Source: Alloascoidea hylecoeti
Lineage: Eukaryota
Assembly: GCA_001600815.1 (NCBI GenBank)
Contig: BCKZ01000001.1
Location: 602,613 to 666,612 of the forward strand
Direction of reading: 5' to 3'
Length of the DNA: 64,000 nt
Of the stretch, positions 60,621-64,000 are shown one piece after another. The position numbers and the translations under genes were made by a program. The notes under the pieces are model-generated. The model had not been told where the DNA came from and made no database searches. It worked only from the letters and a program-made list of their open reading frames with translations. Every line of letters starts with the position of its first letter. Position 1 is the stretch's first letter.

Positions 60621-61379
60621 AAGGTTTTTGCAGTGGTGGTTGCTTAAAAAGAAATTAAGTTTTTTCATGTAGACATCCCATTTTTTGGAGGTATAACTTC
60701 CGTTGGAAACGGATTGCCACGTGTACCAGTTAATAGTTAGCATTTTCGCTCTATTTTTAAAATATATCATTGAAAGTTTGGGGAATTAATTAGTAGCATA
60801 ATCGGTATTGAATTGGCTGATTCCTTGTGGATCTATAATGAAATCTTAATTAGTAATATAATATATTCGTTTGTTAATTCAATATTTGGTGCTCGCATTG
60901 AAAATATGTTAGCCGATTAATTATATTTTATTCGCGAAAAAATATAGAGTTATCTAGTTTTAACATACCGTATAGACTCTGGACAGTCTCTCAAACACCC
61001 ATTAAATGTTAAAGACATCGATATATATATACTTGTATAAGCCCTGCCTATAATTTTCTGTGTAAGTACAAAATATAAGATATATGAATGATACGTAATA
61101 TCCTACCAATCGCTCTACGTTCTATTTCTTCTAGCACACACTCTATCTAGGTTTGATCCACTTTATTTTTATAGTAGATTACAAAATATTCATAATTAAA
61201 ATAGATAGAAAAACAGAATTATAGTATAATTTATATAACAACATAAATATAGATAGCAAGCCCAAGGTCATAATCATCATAAAATAAAAAATAAAACAGT
61301 TACAAAAGTCTTTCCAAAATATCTGTACGGTTAAGTTCAAATATTATCATAATAATACATTTTATAATTAATTTTCAAT

Positions 61380-62399
61380 TTATTGTAAAGCAAGAATTTT
61401 TGTAGTTACCGGATCATCATAATTATCCTCGAGCTCAGCTTTAGATTTTCCATTCTGAACTTTATCAGCAATATTTTCCATAGCAGAGGAACTTGGCATA
61501 AAAATGACTTTTGAGCCAGCACTTTTGGCCATTGCTTGCATAGCATCAAGATATCTAATTTGCATAGCAGCTTTAGAAGCAAGGATATCAGCAGCTTTTC
61601 TCATTAGTTTTGCACTTTCGACTTCAGCTCTTGCTGCAATAATTTTACTTTCGCCAATTCTTTTACTTTTAGCGGCCATTGATAAAGATTCTTGTAAGTC
61701 TCCTGATAAACAAAGATCTTTAATCAGAATGCTTTCAACGCGCACGCCCCATCCAATAGCAGTTTCGTCAATGATGTTTCGGATAGAGCTTGCAACTTCT
61801 TCACGTCTTTCGATAACATCTTGTAGAGTTCTAGATCCGACTACATCTCTAAGAGTAGTTTGAGTTCTTTCTACTAGAGCTTCGTTTACATTATCAACAC
61901 CAAAAATAGCCTTATGTGGAGCAACGATATGATAGTATAAAACTGAAGTTAAATGAAAATTAACATTATCTTTGGTTATACACATTTGTCGGGGTATTTC
62001 ACTCATTTTGACCTTAACATCGACAGGAACAATTGTTTCAGAGATAGGGTTAACCTTAACAAGTCCAGGATTAACAGCTTTATAAAACTGACCAAATCTG
62101 CTAATGAGACCTACCGTACCTTGTTTAATTTCTTTATATGGATTTGGAAAACAGCAAAAAATGGGGACAGAGCCAAGTGCACCACAACAATTACCCATAC
62201 CATTCATAAAACCACCATAAATTCCATCCCGAGGAATGTCTATTTCATAAGCATAAGAAGGTTGTAAATCAGATCTCATGATTTTTTCAACAACAACTAA
62301 TGCTTTAGTGGTTGGTTTTAAACTCGAGCTTTGAGATGTTGAAGCCTCGGCACCTTTATTTGTGCCAAACTCTTCGTCAAACTGAATATCATTAGTCAT
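61380..62399 (-). CDS. Stomatin / band-7 (SPFH) family protein
   Basis: CCFPNPY, TKDNV, ERTQTTLRDVVG, WGVRVESILIKD, AAMQIRYLDAMQAMAK. First ATG is at 62399. Confidence 0.92.
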   Translation of the reverse strand: MTNDIQFDEEFGTNKGAEASTSQSSSLKPTTKALVVVEKIMRSDLQPSYAYEIDIPRDGIYGGFMNGMGNCCGALGSVPIFCCFPNPYKEIKQGTVGLISRFGQFYKAVNPGLVKVNPISETIVPVDVKVKMSEIPRQMCITKDNVNFHLTSVLYYHIVAPHKAIFGVDNVNEALVERTQTTLRDVVGSRTLQDVIERREEVASSIRNIIDETAIGWGVRVESILIKDLCLSGDLQESLSMAAKSKRIGESKIIAARAEVESAKLMRKAADILASKAAMQIRYLDAMQAMAKSAGSKVIFMPSSSAMENIADKVQNGKSKAELEDNYDDPVTTKILALQ

Positions 62400-63014
62400 A
62401 GTTGTAGTTGGTAAATTTAGAATATAGAAAGAAAGCTTGATAAGTATAATCAATTAATAACAAATGATTTTAAAATAGATAAAAAAAAATATGGGAATAA
62501 TATCTCTCTCTTTATATAGAAAGAAATAAAACTTAAAGCAAGAAGTACACTCTTATCAAATCATGGGAACAATCTGAAGCGTTGCTATGTCTATCGGCAA
62601 GTTTTTGTATAGGAAAGAACATCTCTTGACGATAAACTTTAATTAATTGACGATGTGGTTTTTCTATTAATATTAAAATTGTCGACGTCATAGTCATACA
62701 ATTGATATGTTGGGATTTTCTGTTGTATAATACATTTTTGTCTTTTTATATTAAGTATTAAGATTAGTATTAAGATCATTATCAAGATAAAAAAATATGT
62801 TGTAGCAAAAATTTCGACCATATAGGCCTATATAATTATAAAAACATGTTTCATGTCAGATAATCACAAGAGCCAATAATTAGATTTCCTTATAGTTTAT
62901 TGATAACTGTGTCTATATGCATATGCATAAAACCTAAAACCATTAACTACAACTTAAAAAGGTAAGCGCGCAATTAAAAAGAAGATTAAGAGAAACAATT
63001 TTATTATAAGAATC

Positions 63015-64000
63015 TTATGAGTTCAAATGAAATTGCCTATAGAAACTATCCCATTCACTTGTATCATCATCAAACATAAAATTCTCAAATGTTATGAAAG
63101 GAAATGGCTCAGCTTCACAGTTATAATCAAATTGATTCATATTTGATTCGTTTAAATCTGAAAGAGCATCACTATAATTATTGTGTAATTGTGTGTCAAA
63201 TTCCCTATTATTTGGCATGGGTTGGATGATTGAATTAGCTGCAGTTAAAGTTGTAGTCTGTTCCTGTGATTGCTGTTGTGATTGTTGCTGTATCGTAGGT
63301 GAATGTATTTGATTATCAAAATATTCAAATGGATGAAGCTGTTGTTTTGTAGTATTTATATCTTCTAATAGATAAGGTGATGGGGGTTGAAATTTTAGAA
63401 TCTGTGGAGTTTGAAATGATAATGATTCATGATGATCCGATATATTATAAGCTTGAGATAGTTCTGGAGCTTGAAGAGATATTTGTAAAATTTTCCTTGT
63501 AGTTGATTGATCAGTTGTAAGTTTTATTCTTTTTGTTGATCTTTCTTGACTTTGTTCAACAATTGGTTGTGAAGTCTTATTATAACTATCAACTTCAATA
63601 TTTGTTTGTTTGACATTTCCTAATTCAACATTAGTATCAGATATAGTTTCTTGTGATTGTTTTTTATTAGTATGAACACTGATATGAGCACTTTTCACTT
63701 CTGTATGTTTTTGAGTAGAATTTGAAACGTTATTAGCATTAGTGTTATTAATATTTGTATTTCTAAAAAGATGACTATATTGATTTTTAAAATCGGTATA
63801 ATTTGCGTCATAATAAGAAATATTATTTTGTAGAATATAAAAAGGATTTGACATATTATTATCATTTAAATTTTGATTACCATTTGTTTTATGATTATGA
63901 TTATTATTTAGAATTATATTTTTCTTCAAATGTTTTGTTGTTTCACGAATTGTTTCTAATTCATTAATTAATAATCTTTCAACTATTGTTATTATTGGAC
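63015..64000 (-). CDS. 3' end of a gene extending beyond the window; N/Q-rich with an acidic-aromatic C-terminus (possible transcription factor activation region)
   Basis: The frame of the 63015-63929 ORF stays open to the window edge (PIITIVERLLINELETIRETTKHL...) and ends FMFDDDTSEWDSFYRQFHLNS. Confidence 0.65.
   Translation of the reverse strand, partial: PIITIVERLLINELETIRETTKHLKKNIILNNNHNHKTNGNQNLNDNNMSNPFYILQNNISYYDANYTDFKNQYSHLFRNTNINNTNANNVSNSTQKHTEVKSAHISVHTNKKQSQETISDTNVELGNVKQTNIEVDSYNKTSQPIVEQSQERSTKRIKLTTDQSTTRKILQISLQAPELSQAYNISDHHESLSFQTPQILKFQPPSPYLLEDINTTKQQLHPFEYFDNQIHSPTIQQQSQQQSQEQTTTLTAANSIIQPMPNNREFDTQLHNNYSDALSDLNESNMNQFDYNCEAEPFPFITFENFMFDDDTSEWDSFYRQFHLNS

Overview
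AT-rich eukaryotic (ascomycete yeast-like) genomic DNA with about 21 intact or window-truncated protein-coding genes and no recognisable rRNA, tRNA or CRISPR features. In order: MTR4 (truncated at the left edge), a Sat4/Hal5-type kinase, RGD1, a cullin-4, a Shg1/BOD1-domain protein with a very long Arg/Glu/Ser-rich tail, SDS23, OLE1, NOB1, a decayed GAS/GH72 pseudogene, ASE1, a Whi5/Nrm1-like repressor, AFG1, SYF1, VMA8, a WDR70-like WD40 protein, an auxin-efflux-family transporter, VMA13, an HSF, an FPY1-like molybdopterin-domain gene, an unknown low-complexity protein, CSN12, a stomatin, and a gene truncated at the right edge. I reconstructed 14 short spliceosomal introns by hand that the ORF track misses. 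CTG occurs at conserved Leu positions, consistent with the standard code. High intron density, degenerate splice signals and retention of CUL4 and WDR70 suggest an early-diverging budding yeast (inference). The most notable items are: the intron-hidden Shg1 domain; CUL4 and WDR70 in the same window; two 133-bp head-to-head promoters each with a central Reb1 site; probable LINE, Tc1 and pogo transposon relics; a nested fold-back in a 5.6-kb gene-free region; and an enriched intergenic palindrome, ATTGCAAT. I cannot support a claim of a wholly new multi-gene system. All family assignments come from motif recognition, not database searches.
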